This document shows, one piece after another, positions 47,880-56,943 of a stretch of 64,000 nucleotides of DNA. The notes below the pieces were generated by a model. The model was not told the DNA's origin, ran no database searches, and worked only from the letters and a program-made list of their open reading frames with translations. Made by a program: the position numbers and the translations under genes. Source of the DNA: an uncultured Acidimicrobiia bacterium (GTDB lineage Bacteria; Actinomycetota; Acidimicrobiia; Spongiisociales; UBA5794); assembly GCA_963708235.1 (NCBI GenBank), contig OY970200.1:847757-911756 (forward strand), read 5' to 3'. Positions within the stretch are counted from its first letter, which is position 1. Each line of letters opens with the position of its first letter.

Positions 47880-48545
47880 TCAGGTGGCGATATCGCCGGG
47901 GGTGAGGAGCCCGCGGTCGAAGGCGGTGGCCACGGCGGCGGCGCGATCGTTGACCCCGAGCTTGGTGTAGATGTGGACCAGATGGGTCTTGACGGTCGCC
48001 TCGCTGATGAACAGCCGGGACGCCGCCTCCCGGTTGGTGCAGCCGTCGGCGATCAGCCGCAACACCTCCAACTCGCGGTCGCTGATGCTGTCACGGACCG
48101 GGCGGCGCACCTGACCGATGAGGCGGGAGGCAATGGTGGGGGACAGCACCGACTCGCCGAGCGCCGCCGATTTCACGGCGCGGCACAGTTCATCGCGGGG
48201 GGTGTCCTTGAGCAGGTAGCCGGTGGCGCCGGCCTCGATGGCGGGAAGCACATCGCGTTCGGTGTCGTAGGTGGTCAGCACCAGCACCCGGGAATCGATC
48301 CCGCGTCGGGCCATGGCGGTGATGGCGGTCACGCCATCCATCACCGGCATCCTCAGGTCCATCAACACCACATCGGGCCGGTAGGCGGCGGCGCGGTCCA
48401 CCGCCTCGCGGCCGTTGCCCGCTTCCCCGATCACCTCGAACTCGGGGTCCCCGGCGAACATGCCGCGCAGACCGTCGCGCACCACCGGGTGGTCGTCGAC
48501 GATCAGCAGGGTGATCGGTGCGGCATGTCTCGGCTCATCAGCCAC
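47880..48545 (-). CDS. LuxR/NarL-family two-component response regulator.
   Basis: REC domain LLIVDDHPVVRDG...DVVLMDLRMP, then LuxR HTH LSDRELEVLRLIADGCTNREAA. GTG start overlaps the kinase stop (GTGGCTGA). Confidence 0.85.
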   Translation of the reverse strand: MADEPRHAAPITLLIVDDHPVVRDGLRGMFAGDPEFEVIGEAGNGREAVDRAAAYRPDVVLMDLRMPVMDGVTAITAMARRGIDSRVLVLTTYDTERDVLPAIEAGATGYLLKDTPRDELCRAVKSAALGESVLSPTIASRLIGQVRRPVRDSISDRELEVLRLIADGCTNREAASRLFISEATVKTHLVHIYTKLGVNDRAAAVATAFDRGLLTPGDIAT

Positions 48546-49872
48546 GGAGTCCTCCCTCGGTGACGGCGGGAAGGCTGGCGGAGATGGCGGTGCCGGCACC
48601 CAACTCCGATTCGATGTCGAGGTCGCCCGACAACCCCTCGACGCGTTGGCGCATCGCGGTCAGCCCGAACCCGCGGTCGACCGGCGCCCCGTTGTCCTGT
48701 GCCCCGTTGTGCGGTGCCCCGTTGTCCGGTGCCCCGCTGTGCGGTGCCCTGTTGTCCGGGGCATCGTGGGCGACCACATCGAAGCCGCTTCCGTCGTCTC
48801 GAACATCGAGCGACACCACGTCGTCCATGTAGGAGAGGGTTACCCCCACCCGGGTCGCCCCGGCATGTTTCGACACATTGGCGAGGGCCTCCTGCGCCAC
48901 GCGCAGCAGCGTCACCTCGACCTCGGGATGGAGCCGCTCGGCCGTGCCGGTCGTCGCCATCTGCACCGTCACTCCGTTGCGCTCGGACCAGCGTGCCGCC
49001 ACCTCGGCGATGGCGTCGGGGAGCCGGCTGTCCTCCAAGGGCGCCGGGATCACCGCCTGGACCGAACGCCGCGCCTCCGAGAGGCTTTCGCGGGCCAGTG
49101 CGGCGGCATGATCCAAGCGCCGGCGGAGCTCGACGGGATCGTCGATGGTGTGTTGCGCCGCCTCGAGTTGGGTGACCACCCCGGTCAGCCCCTGCGCCAG
49201 GGTGTCGTGGATCTCGCGGGCCATCCGCTGCCGCTCGTCGAGGATTCCGGTCTCACGGGCGTGCGCCACCAGCAGCGCCTGGAGTTCGGCGTTCTCGCTC
49301 AGGGCCGCCTCCAAATCGGCAACGGTGCGCTGCCGTTCGTCGGCCACTGCCCGGAAACGTCCCTCCGAGGACACCCCGAACCCGATCCCGACCGTCTGCA
49401 CCGCCACCACGATGACGTAGATGGTGATGCTTTCCCTGGTGGGGTCGGGCAAACCGAGTATCAGCCCGTTGATCACCAGCGAAGTGACGAAGATGGCGCC
49501 GACCGCCCGTCGCAGAGGCTTCAGGTATCCGGCGTGGAAGAACCCGGTCAGTGCCACCAGGAAGAACAGCGGCGCCATGGTCATCAATGCAACGGTGAGG
49601 GCCAGTATCCCGACGATATAGACGACGAGGCGGCGCTGGGAGTGGCGGGTGGCCGGGGTCAGCGGGGAGCCCATGGTTGCCGCCACCCAGGCGAACGCCA
49701 CGGCGGTGACCCCCAGCACCCGGGCGGTCTCCGGCCACGGGCGTGGGTCGAGCGTCAGGGTGATGATCAGGCTGACCGCCAGCATCACGTACGGGATGGC
49801 ATCGACCACGGTGTCGAATCCGCGACCGGGCGCTGATTGCTCCGACTCCGGGCGCTCTCGACCAACGACCAT
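48538..49872 (-). CDS. Sensor histidine kinase (HisKA_3 / NarX-DesK type).
   Basis: 4-5 TM helices, then REIHDTLAQGLT (H-box) and HATPase motifs (DDGSGF, GFGLTAM). Alternative start at 49899. Confidence 0.75.
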   Translation of the reverse strand: MVVGRERPESEQSAPGRGFDTVVDAIPYVMLAVSLIITLTLDPRPWPETARVLGVTAVAFAWVAATMGSPLTPATRHSQRRLVVYIVGILALTVALMTMAPLFFLVALTGFFHAGYLKPLRRAVGAIFVTSLVINGLILGLPDPTRESITIYVIVVAVQTVGIGFGVSSEGRFRAVADERQRTVADLEAALSENAELQALLVAHARETGILDERQRMAREIHDTLAQGLTGVVTQLEAAQHTIDDPVELRRRLDHAAALARESLSEARRSVQAVIPAPLEDSRLPDAIAEVAARWSERNGVTVQMATTGTAERLHPEVEVTLLRVAQEALANVSKHAGATRVGVTLSYMDDVVSLDVRDDGSGFDVVAHDAPDNRAPHSGAPDNGAPHNGAQDNGAPVDRGFGLTAMRQRVEGLSGDLDIESELGAGTAISASLPAVTEGGLRG

Positions 49873-49889
49873 GTGCAGCCTCCATGCGG

Positions 49890-50636
49890 TCACTCCCACC
49901 GGAACAGCCTCACCGCCAACGCAACCGCCACTGCGGTGAATCCGATGACCACCAACAGGTTAGGAAATGCAGGGGCGGCACCGTCCCAGGTGTCCCGCAT
50001 CGCCTGGACCGCCGACCCGGCCGGGGTCAGGTCGCTGACCGTCCGTAGCCCGTCCGGCATCACCTCGCGGGGGAAGTACACACCGGCGAAGAACATCGTG
50101 GGGAAGAACGCCAACAACCCGAACCCCTGACCGGCCGAGGTGGTCGGTGCCACGGCGCCGATGAGCAGACCGATCGAGAAGATCGAAACGGTGGCGAGGA
50201 GGAACATCCCCCCGAACCCGATCCAGGACCCGGGCGCCGGAACATCGAAGACTGCCATGGAGGCGGCGACCCCGAGCACGCCGCCGATCAGCGCCACCAC
50301 CACCTGGACGGTGAGATGGGCCAGCAGCAGCCGGCTCGGAGGCAGGGGAGTCGTGGCGAGACGGCGCAGCACCCCATCCTGGCGGTAGGTCGATAGCGAC
50401 ACCGGGAAGACGGTGAGGGCCACGGCGGCGACCCCGGCGACGAGGATCACCGGTACGTAGACGTCGATCGGGCGTAGCCCGCCGAGATCTTCGGTCGGGT
50501 CGACGAAACCTGGGAAGAAGGCCCCCAGCGCCACCAGGAGGACGGCGGGAAACAACAGACCGAAGAACGACGATCCGCGGTCCCGCCAGTACAGCTTGGC
50601 TTCGACGGCGAGCATGTTGGTGAAACCGGTGGTCAT
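49890..50636 (-). CDS. ABC-2 type transporter permease.
   Basis: 248 aa, 6 TM helices. ATG overlaps the ATPase stop (ATGA). Confidence 0.75.
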   Translation of the reverse strand: MTTGFTNMLAVEAKLYWRDRGSSFFGLLFPAVLLVALGAFFPGFVDPTEDLGGLRPIDVYVPVILVAGVAAVALTVFPVSLSTYRQDGVLRRLATTPLPPSRLLLAHLTVQVVVALIGGVLGVAASMAVFDVPAPGSWIGFGGMFLLATVSIFSIGLLIGAVAPTTSAGQGFGLLAFFPTMFFAGVYFPREVMPDGLRTVSDLTPAGSAVQAMRDTWDGAAPAFPNLLVVIGFTAVAVALAVRLFRWE

Positions 50637-51605
50637 GTGCGGGTTCCTTCCTGAGCTGGAATGCCGGTCGGGTGGGCGCCGGCGAGGTGCTCCCCGTTGT
50701 CCGTCGTGGACCGGCCGGTGAGAGTGAGGTAGGCGTCCTCGAGCGAGGTGGTGTCCATCCGGAGCCTCCTCGGGAACCACGTTCTGGTCCGCAAGCGACG
50801 AGGCCACGGAGAGCAGCAGATTCCCGGTGCCGGTGACGACGACCTGACGACCTTGATCCGTCACCTCGGCGACCTCGGGGAGCGCCATCAGCGCCGCCCG
50901 GTCGATGGGTGCCGACGGTCGGAAGCGCACGCGGAGCCCTCCTCCGGCCCGGGTCACCAGTCCGGAGGGGGTGTCGACGGCGACCAGCGTGCCGCCGTCG
51001 ACCACAGCCACCCGGTCGGCAAGCCGTTCGGCTTCCTCCATGAAGTGGGTGACGAGGATGACGGTCACACCCTCATTGCGGATCTGCCCGACCAGATCCC
51101 AGGTGCTGCGGCGCGCCTGGGGATCGAGCCCCGTGGTCAACTCGTCGAGAATGGCGATCTCCGGGTTCCCGACCAACGCCAGCGCCACCGACAATCGCTG
51201 CTGCTCACCGCCCGAGAGATTCTTGAACCGTGATCGTGCAAGCTTGGTGAGGCCGAGCCGGTCGATGAGCACGTCCGTGTCGGCGTGGGACCGGTAGAAC
51301 GAGGCGTAGAGCTCGATCGCCTCCTTGACCTCGATACGTTGCGGCAACCGGCTCTGTTGGAGCTGGGCACCGACCCGGTGCTTCAGCTCGACGGCGTCAC
51401 GTTGCGGATCGAGACCCAGCACCTCGATGTTCCCGGCGTCGGGTAGCCGCAGACCCACGATGGATTCGACGATGGTCGTCTTCCCCGCACCGTTGGGACC
51501 GACGATGCCGAAGATCTCGCCACGCTCCACGGTGAACGACACATCATCGAGCACGGTCCGGTCGCCGTAACGCTTCCCCATTCCCTTCACATCAATAACC
51601 GTCAC
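50633..51605 (-). CDS. ABC transporter ATP-binding protein. Apparent frameshift near nt 50770.
   Basis: GPNGAGKTT (Walker A), LSGGEQQRLSVA (signature), ILDELTTGLD (Walker B). The true C-terminus (RLRMDTTSLEDAYLTLTGR) is in another frame. GTG start after AAGGAGG. Confidence 0.75.
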
Positions 51606-51816
51606 CACGGCCTCCTTGGAATTCGGCACCACGATCAGGGCGGTGTCGATTCCATCGTGGGGCCATGCCACCGCCGACGCATCGGCTCAACGGCTGGATC
51701 TGGTCCCGTCGGTGATTGACGCGTCGATCAACCGATCGGTTGATCGAGTGCCCCGATCCCCTGCCTCTTCGAGAGACTCGGTTGGGCCGATTTCCCTGGG
51801 CGGATCTCTCTGATCG

Positions 51817-52623
51817 CTACGCCGCCCAGAGGAGAGGGAACAAGGGATGGTTCATGGCCGCCCCTGCCGCCAGCTCGTCTTCGAGACCCGGGAAGGGAGG
51901 CGAGGTCCGCCACGGACGGGGTGCGTGGACCATGTCGTCGCCGAGGTACCGCACCGACAACACCCGACGCCGGGTATTGCGTGACACGCCGCCGGCAGCG
52001 TGGAGGGTGAGCATGTTGAAGAAGACCGCATCTCCCGGCTGCAACTCCCAGGCGACGATCTTGTGCCGATCCCGGTCTTTCTCGATGTCAGGAAGCTCGG
52101 ACAGCGATCCCTCGGGGAACCACTTTGCCTCGCCCTCCATGAACGTGCGCGGCATCAGCCAGGGGCCGAGGTGCGACCCGGCGACGAACTCCAGGGTCGC
52201 CTCCCGGTCCACCGCATCGATCGGCAGCCACATGCTGGCGTTGCGGAAGCCGTCGACGTTGTAATAGGGCTGGTCCTGGTGCCACGGGGTGCGTTGGCTG
52301 GTGAACGCCTCCTTCACCAACACATGGTCGTGATAGAGCCGGATCTGCGACGATCCGGTGAGTCGACCCGCCACCTCGGCACCCGGGGAGGTACGGACGA
52401 AACGCTCGATCTGCTCGATCCGGTCCCAGTTGCGGAAATCCTCGAAGAACAGCCCGTCGTCGTCACGGCTGGCGACGAGGGCAAGCTCGCTCGGATCCGC
52501 CAGCACCAACTCGATCGCTTCGGACACCGTATCGAGGTCGTCCGGTGCGATTAGGCCGCGGATGCACACGGCGCCGTCACGCTGGTAGGCCTCGATATCT
52601 GCCACGGTCACGAGTTCGGCCAC
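51817..52623 (-). CDS. Phytanoyl-CoA dioxygenase (PhyH) family Fe(II)/2-oxoglutarate oxygenase.
   Basis: WHQDQPYY (HxD) and LTLHAAG (distal His), plus typical PhyH length. GTG start after AGGAGG. Confidence 0.7.
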   Translation of the reverse strand: MAELVTVADIEAYQRDGAVCIRGLIAPDDLDTVSEAIELVLADPSELALVASRDDDGLFFEDFRNWDRIEQIERFVRTSPGAEVAGRLTGSSQIRLYHDHVLVKEAFTSQRTPWHQDQPYYNVDGFRNASMWLPIDAVDREATLEFVAGSHLGPWLMPRTFMEGEAKWFPEGSLSELPDIEKDRDRHKIVAWELQPGDAVFFNMLTLHAAGGVSRNTRRRVLSVRYLGDDMVHAPRPWRTSPPFPGLEDELAAGAAMNHPLFPLLWAA

Positions 52624-52756
52624 GTCACCTCCTGATTCCCGGAGTGGTGCGTCGAGCCTAGAGAACCGCCGTGAATCGGGTCGAGCCGCCGTCCCCGGCC
52701 GATGACAGAATTCGGGCGTCAACGCTAGTGTTCTGGCATCCAGACGGAGGGTGTTC

Positions 52757-53764
52757 GTGGACGGAACTCGGATGCGGGCGGTGCGCACCGCGGCGGGGTT
52801 GACCCAGTCGGAGCTGGCAAGTCGCAGTGGGGTCAGCCGCCAGATGGTGGGGGCCATCGAGGCCGGTCGTCACCTCCCACGGATCGACGCTGCCGTGGCG
52901 CTCGCCGAGGTGCTCGGGGTCGCCGTCGGCGAGTTGTTCGGTGCGCCCGGCGTCGCCGTCGATGTGCTGACCGGAGCCGCCCCCGGGCAGGGGGCCATGG
53001 TGCGGTCGTCGTCGGTCGGGGGGCGCATCGTGACGGCTCCGGTGAGAGATCTTCCCGACGGGTGGGAGGCAGCCGATGGTCTGGTCGCAGGTGATCGGCT
53101 CGCACCGCTGGGACATCTTGCCGAGGGCATGGTCGTGGTGGGATGTGAGCCCGGGATGGTGGTGCTGGAACGGATCCTGCGTGAAGGGGGGATGCGGGCA
53201 ATGGCGGTCGCCGGGTCCACCCGGGCGGGGCTGCTGGCGCTCAGGGCCGGTCGGGCCCATGCGGCCGTGGTGCACTGGCCGGTGTCCGAGCCGGCTCCGG
53301 ACACGCTCGGTACCGCTGTCGCCCGATTCCACATCGCCAGGTGGCGGGTCGGAATCGCTGCTGCGAGCGATGCCCCGGGGGACTGGTGGCGGGAGGCGTT
53401 GGCGGGCACGGTTCCTGTGGTGCAACGCGAGCCGGGCGCCGGTGTCCAGGCGACATTCGAGTCCGCTGCCGGGGTCGGCGCCGGGCCACGGCCCGGCCCG
53501 CGCGTCGCCGGTCACCTGGAGGCGGTGCGGGTGGGGATCGCCATCGGGGCTGCGGCGGTGACCATCGAGCCGGTCGCCGTCGCCGTGGGCGCCAGATTCC
53601 ATCCTCTGGACCGACACCGCACCGAGCTGTGGGTGGATCGCCGCCGCCTCGGGGACCGGGCGGTGATCGAGGCGCTGGCGGTGCTCTCGACCGGGCGCTT
53701 CCGGCGACATCTCGAAGGGATCGGCGGGTATGAGGTGGAACGGTGCGGGGAGGTCGCCGGATGA
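52757..53764 (+). CDS. XRE-family HTH regulator fused to a periplasmic-binding-protein-like (ModA-like) domain. Putative molybdate-responsive regulator of modABC.
   Basis: N-terminal GLTQSELASRSGVSRQMVGAIEAG is an XRE HTH. Followed by a ~250-aa PBP-like domain. Sits immediately upstream of, and overlapping, modA. Start ambiguous (GTG 52751/52757 or ATG 52772). Confidence 0.6.
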   Translation: MDGTRMRAVRTAAGLTQSELASRSGVSRQMVGAIEAGRHLPRIDAAVALAEVLGVAVGELFGAPGVAVDVLTGAAPGQGAMVRSSSVGGRIVTAPVRDLPDGWEAADGLVAGDRLAPLGHLAEGMVVVGCEPGMVVLERILREGGMRAMAVAGSTRAGLLALRAGRAHAAVVHWPVSEPAPDTLGTAVARFHIARWRVGIAAASDAPGDWWREALAGTVPVVQREPGAGVQATFESAAGVGAGPRPGPRVAGHLEAVRVGIAIGAAAVTIEPVAVAVGARFHPLDRHRTELWVDRRRLGDRAVIEALAVLSTGRFRRHLEGIGGYEVERCGEVAG

Positions 53765-54546
53765 GACCGGAGGCCACCACCCGCCGTGACGCGGTACGGA
53801 TCCGTACCGTCGTCGGGATCGTGCTGGTGGCTGCCGTCAGCGCATGTGGGGGAGGCGCCGACCCGGCGGCCTCCGGCGAGGTGCGGGTGTCGGCGGCCGC
53901 CTCCCTCACCGATGCCTTCACCGAGATCGAAGAAGCCTTCGAAGCGACCGTCGACGGTGCGGATGTGGGGCTCAACTTCGGCGGGAGTTCGGCGTTGCGT
54001 GAACAGATCATCGAGGGCGCCCCCGTCGACGTATTCGCCTCGGCGAACCTGCGGAACATGGAAGAGGTCGGAGACCGAGGCCTCATCCAAGGTGAGCCTC
54101 GCATCTTTGCCGTCAATATGTTGCAGATCGCCGTGCCCCCGGGGAACCCCGGCGGTGTGACCGGTCTGGCGGACCTCGCCCGTGACGAGTTGCTGGTCGG
54201 ACTCTGCGCCGAGGGGACGCCGTGCGGCGACTTCGGCCGGGAACTGCTCGCCGGCGTCGGGGTCACCGCAGCGGTCGACACCAACGAGCCGGATGTCCGG
54301 GCGCTTCTCACCAAGATCGAACAGGGCGAGTTGGATGCGGGGATCGTCTACGTCACCGACATCATCGCCGCCGACGGTGGCGTCGAGGGGGTATCCATCC
54401 CCGGCACCGAGACCGTCGTGGCCGAGTACCCGATTGCGGTGCTGGCGGATGCCGGCAACCGATCAGGTGCCGAGGCGTTCGCCGAGTTCGTGCTCTCGGC
54501 GGAGGGGCGTCGCATCCTGGGCGAGTACGGCTTTGCGACCCCGTGA
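53761..54546 (+). CDS. modA: Molybdate ABC transporter substrate-binding lipoprotein.
   Basis: Lipobox VAAVSACGG, plus AASLTDAF and GELDAGIVYVTD, which are ModA hallmarks. Confidence 0.8.
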   Translation: MRPEATTRRDAVRIRTVVGIVLVAAVSACGGGADPAASGEVRVSAAASLTDAFTEIEEAFEATVDGADVGLNFGGSSALREQIIEGAPVDVFASANLRNMEEVGDRGLIQGEPRIFAVNMLQIAVPPGNPGGVTGLADLARDELLVGLCAEGTPCGDFGRELLAGVGVTAAVDTNEPDVRALLTKIEQGELDAGIVYVTDIIAADGGVEGVSIPGTETVVAEYPIAVLADAGNRSGAEAFAEFVLSAEGRRILGEYGFATP

Positions 54547-54594
54547 CGCTGACTCCGTGACACGGGCCCCCGTGATCGTGGCCCTGGAGATGCG

Positions 54595-55398
54595 ATGAGC
54601 CGTCATCGCCGGGCCGCCAGGACCCGCCCACCGGCGCTGTTTTCCGTGCTCGGTGCCATCGGGTTGACCCTGTTCGTCGTCCCTCTCGCCGGTATCGTGT
54701 CCCGAACCCCGTGGTCGTCGGTACCGGCCCTCCTGGCCGACGACCTGGTACTCGATGCCCTGCGGCTGTCCCTGGTGGCGTCGGTCGGGGCGACAGCGAT
54801 CGCGGTGGTGCTCGGCATCCCGCTCGCCTGGCTCCTGGCCCGCACCGAGATGCCCGGACGATCCGTGATCCGGGGCTTCGTGATGTTGCCGCTGGTGCTC
54901 CCACCGGTGGTGGGCGGGGCGGCGCTGCTCTTTGCGCTGGGCCGGCGCGGCCTGGTCGGTGAACCGCTGTACGAGGCCACTGGGTTCCTACTCCCGTTCT
55001 CCACATGGGGGGTGCTGGCGGCCACCACCTTCGTCGCCATGCCGTTCCTGGTGATCACCGTCGAAGGCGCCCTCCGCAACCTCGACCCGCGATACGAGGC
55101 GGCGGCATCGACGTTGGGAGCGGGCCGGTGGACGGTACTGCGCCGGGTGACGTTGCCGATGATCGGACCGTCGTTGCTGGCGGGACTGGTGCTCACCTGG
55201 GCGCGCGCCCTCGGCGAGTTCGGCGCCACCATCACCTTCGCCGGAAATCTGCAGGGCCGGACGCAGACCCTGCCGCTCGCCGTGTTCGTGGCGCTGGAGT
55301 CCGACCGCGACACGGCTGTGGTGCTGAGTCTGCTGATGGTGGTCATCTCGCTCACCGTGCTCATCGGTCTGCGCGACCGGTGGTGGCGGGCCCTGTGA
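54595..55398 (+). CDS. modB: Molybdate ABC transporter permease.
   Basis: EAA-loop ASTLGAGRWTVLRRVTLP and 6 TM helices. Confidence 0.85.
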   Translation: MSRHRRAARTRPPALFSVLGAIGLTLFVVPLAGIVSRTPWSSVPALLADDLVLDALRLSLVASVGATAIAVVLGIPLAWLLARTEMPGRSVIRGFVMLPLVLPPVVGGAALLFALGRRGLVGEPLYEATGFLLPFSTWGVLAATTFVAMPFLVITVEGALRNLDPRYEAAASTLGAGRWTVLRRVTLPMIGPSLLAGLVLTWARALGEFGATITFAGNLQGRTQTLPLAVFVALESDRDTAVVLSLLMVVISLTVLIGLRDRWWRAL

Positions 55399-55423
55399 TC
55401 GGCAAGCCTGTGATGGGGGAGCG

Positions 55424-56521
55424 GTGATGGAGGGGGCCGAGATCCGGGGTGCGGGTGGGACGGCGTCAACGGGGGGTCTCGACTGCCACATCGTCGTCGA
55501 CCGTGGTCAGGGTTTCACGCTCGAGGTGTCTGTGGCGGTCCCGCCCGGTCGCACCGTGGCACTGCTCGGGCCCAACGGGGCCGGGAAGTCGACGACCGTC
55601 GCCGCAGTTGCCGGTGTGCTGGCGCTCGACTCCGGGCGGATCGCCCTCGGGGGCCGGGTGCTCGACGACGGCGCCGGCATCTTCGTCCCGCCCGAGCAAC
55701 GCAGGATCGGGGTGGTGTTCCAGGACTACCTGCTGTTCCCCCATCTGTCGGTGGTCGAGAACGTCGCCTTCGGGCTGCGCAGCACCGGGATCCGGCGCGA
55801 GATGGCACGGGACCGGGCCATGGAGTGGGTCGACCGTCTCGGGCTCGGTGAGCTGGCCGATCGTCGATCGTCGGGGCTTTCCGGTGGGCAGGCGCAGCGG
55901 GTGGCGCTCGCCCGGGCGCTGGTGACCGAACCCGATCTCCTGCTCCTCGACGAGCCCTTGGCGGCACTCGATGTCACCACCCGCACCGAGGCCCGCCGCC
56001 TGCTCTCGGACCACCTCGATGCCTACCCCGGCCCGCGTCTCCTCATCACCCACGACCCCACGGAAGCGTTTCTCCTCGCCGATTCCATCCACGTCATCGA
56101 GGAAGGCACCATCACCCAGGTGGGTGAGGCCGACGACATCCGACTTCGTCCCCGCACCGCCTACGCCGCCGACCTCGCCGGGGTGAACCTCGTCAGCGGA
56201 CAGGCGCACGGCTTCGAGGTCGATGTCGGCGGTCACATCATCACCGTCGCCGAACCAATCGACGGTCCGGTGCTCCTCACCATCCGCCCACAGGCGATCT
56301 CGCTCCACCCGGTGGCCCCGCACGGAAGCGTGCGTAACACGTGGCAGACGTCGGTCGGTCACGTCGAGCATCTCGGAGAGCGAACCAGGGTCCGGCTCGG
56401 AGCGCCACTGGGATTGACGGCCGAAATCACCCACTCCGCCGCAGACGAGCTCCGCCTTGCAACCGGATCGGTGGTTTGGGTGGCGATCAAGGCCACCGAG
56501 GTGGCCGTCGGGGCGGCCTGA
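55424..56521 (+). CDS. modC: Molybdate ABC transporter ATPase with a C-terminal TOBE domain.
   Basis: GPNGAGKST, LSGGQAQRVALARAL, LLLDEPLAALD, and a C-terminal Mo-binding TOBE-like region. Confidence 0.85.
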   Translation: MMEGAEIRGAGGTASTGGLDCHIVVDRGQGFTLEVSVAVPPGRTVALLGPNGAGKSTTVAAVAGVLALDSGRIALGGRVLDDGAGIFVPPEQRRIGVVFQDYLLFPHLSVVENVAFGLRSTGIRREMARDRAMEWVDRLGLGELADRRSSGLSGGQAQRVALARALVTEPDLLLLDEPLAALDVTTRTEARRLLSDHLDAYPGPRLLITHDPTEAFLLADSIHVIEEGTITQVGEADDIRLRPRTAYAADLAGVNLVSGQAHGFEVDVGGHIITVAEPIDGPVLLTIRPQAISLHPVAPHGSVRNTWQTSVGHVEHLGERTRVRLGAPLGLTAEITHSAADELRLATGSVVWVAIKATEVAVGAA

Positions 56522-56943
56522 CCTGCCCCGCCCACCATGTCTGGCGACGTTTGAGAGCCAGGGTTGGCATTCGGCGACGATCGAGGACGCCGCCTGGTCG
56601 CAGGGTGGTACCGGTATGAGTTGCCCCCGACAGGTTCCGGCATCACCGAGGTACCACTCTGCGTTGCGGGTTCTGCCGGGTAGGTCGTCCACTTGACCCG
56701 AAATCCTTGCGAACCGACCCGGGATATCTGCAGATTGGGGATAGCGGAGGCGCCTTGCCGAGTCCTAGTATCCGCCGATCGTACGAGCAGGGGAAGCCGT
56801 CGAGCCAGCTGGGAAGGGAAGAATTTGGCCTGCGGTAGTGCTGCGCCGACCCCGTCGGAGTCGGAGACGGCCCGATACGGAGCATGACTGACACCGGGGG
56901 GCGAAATGCCCGTTTTTCGACAGGAGGGAAGAAGCACGTGCAG

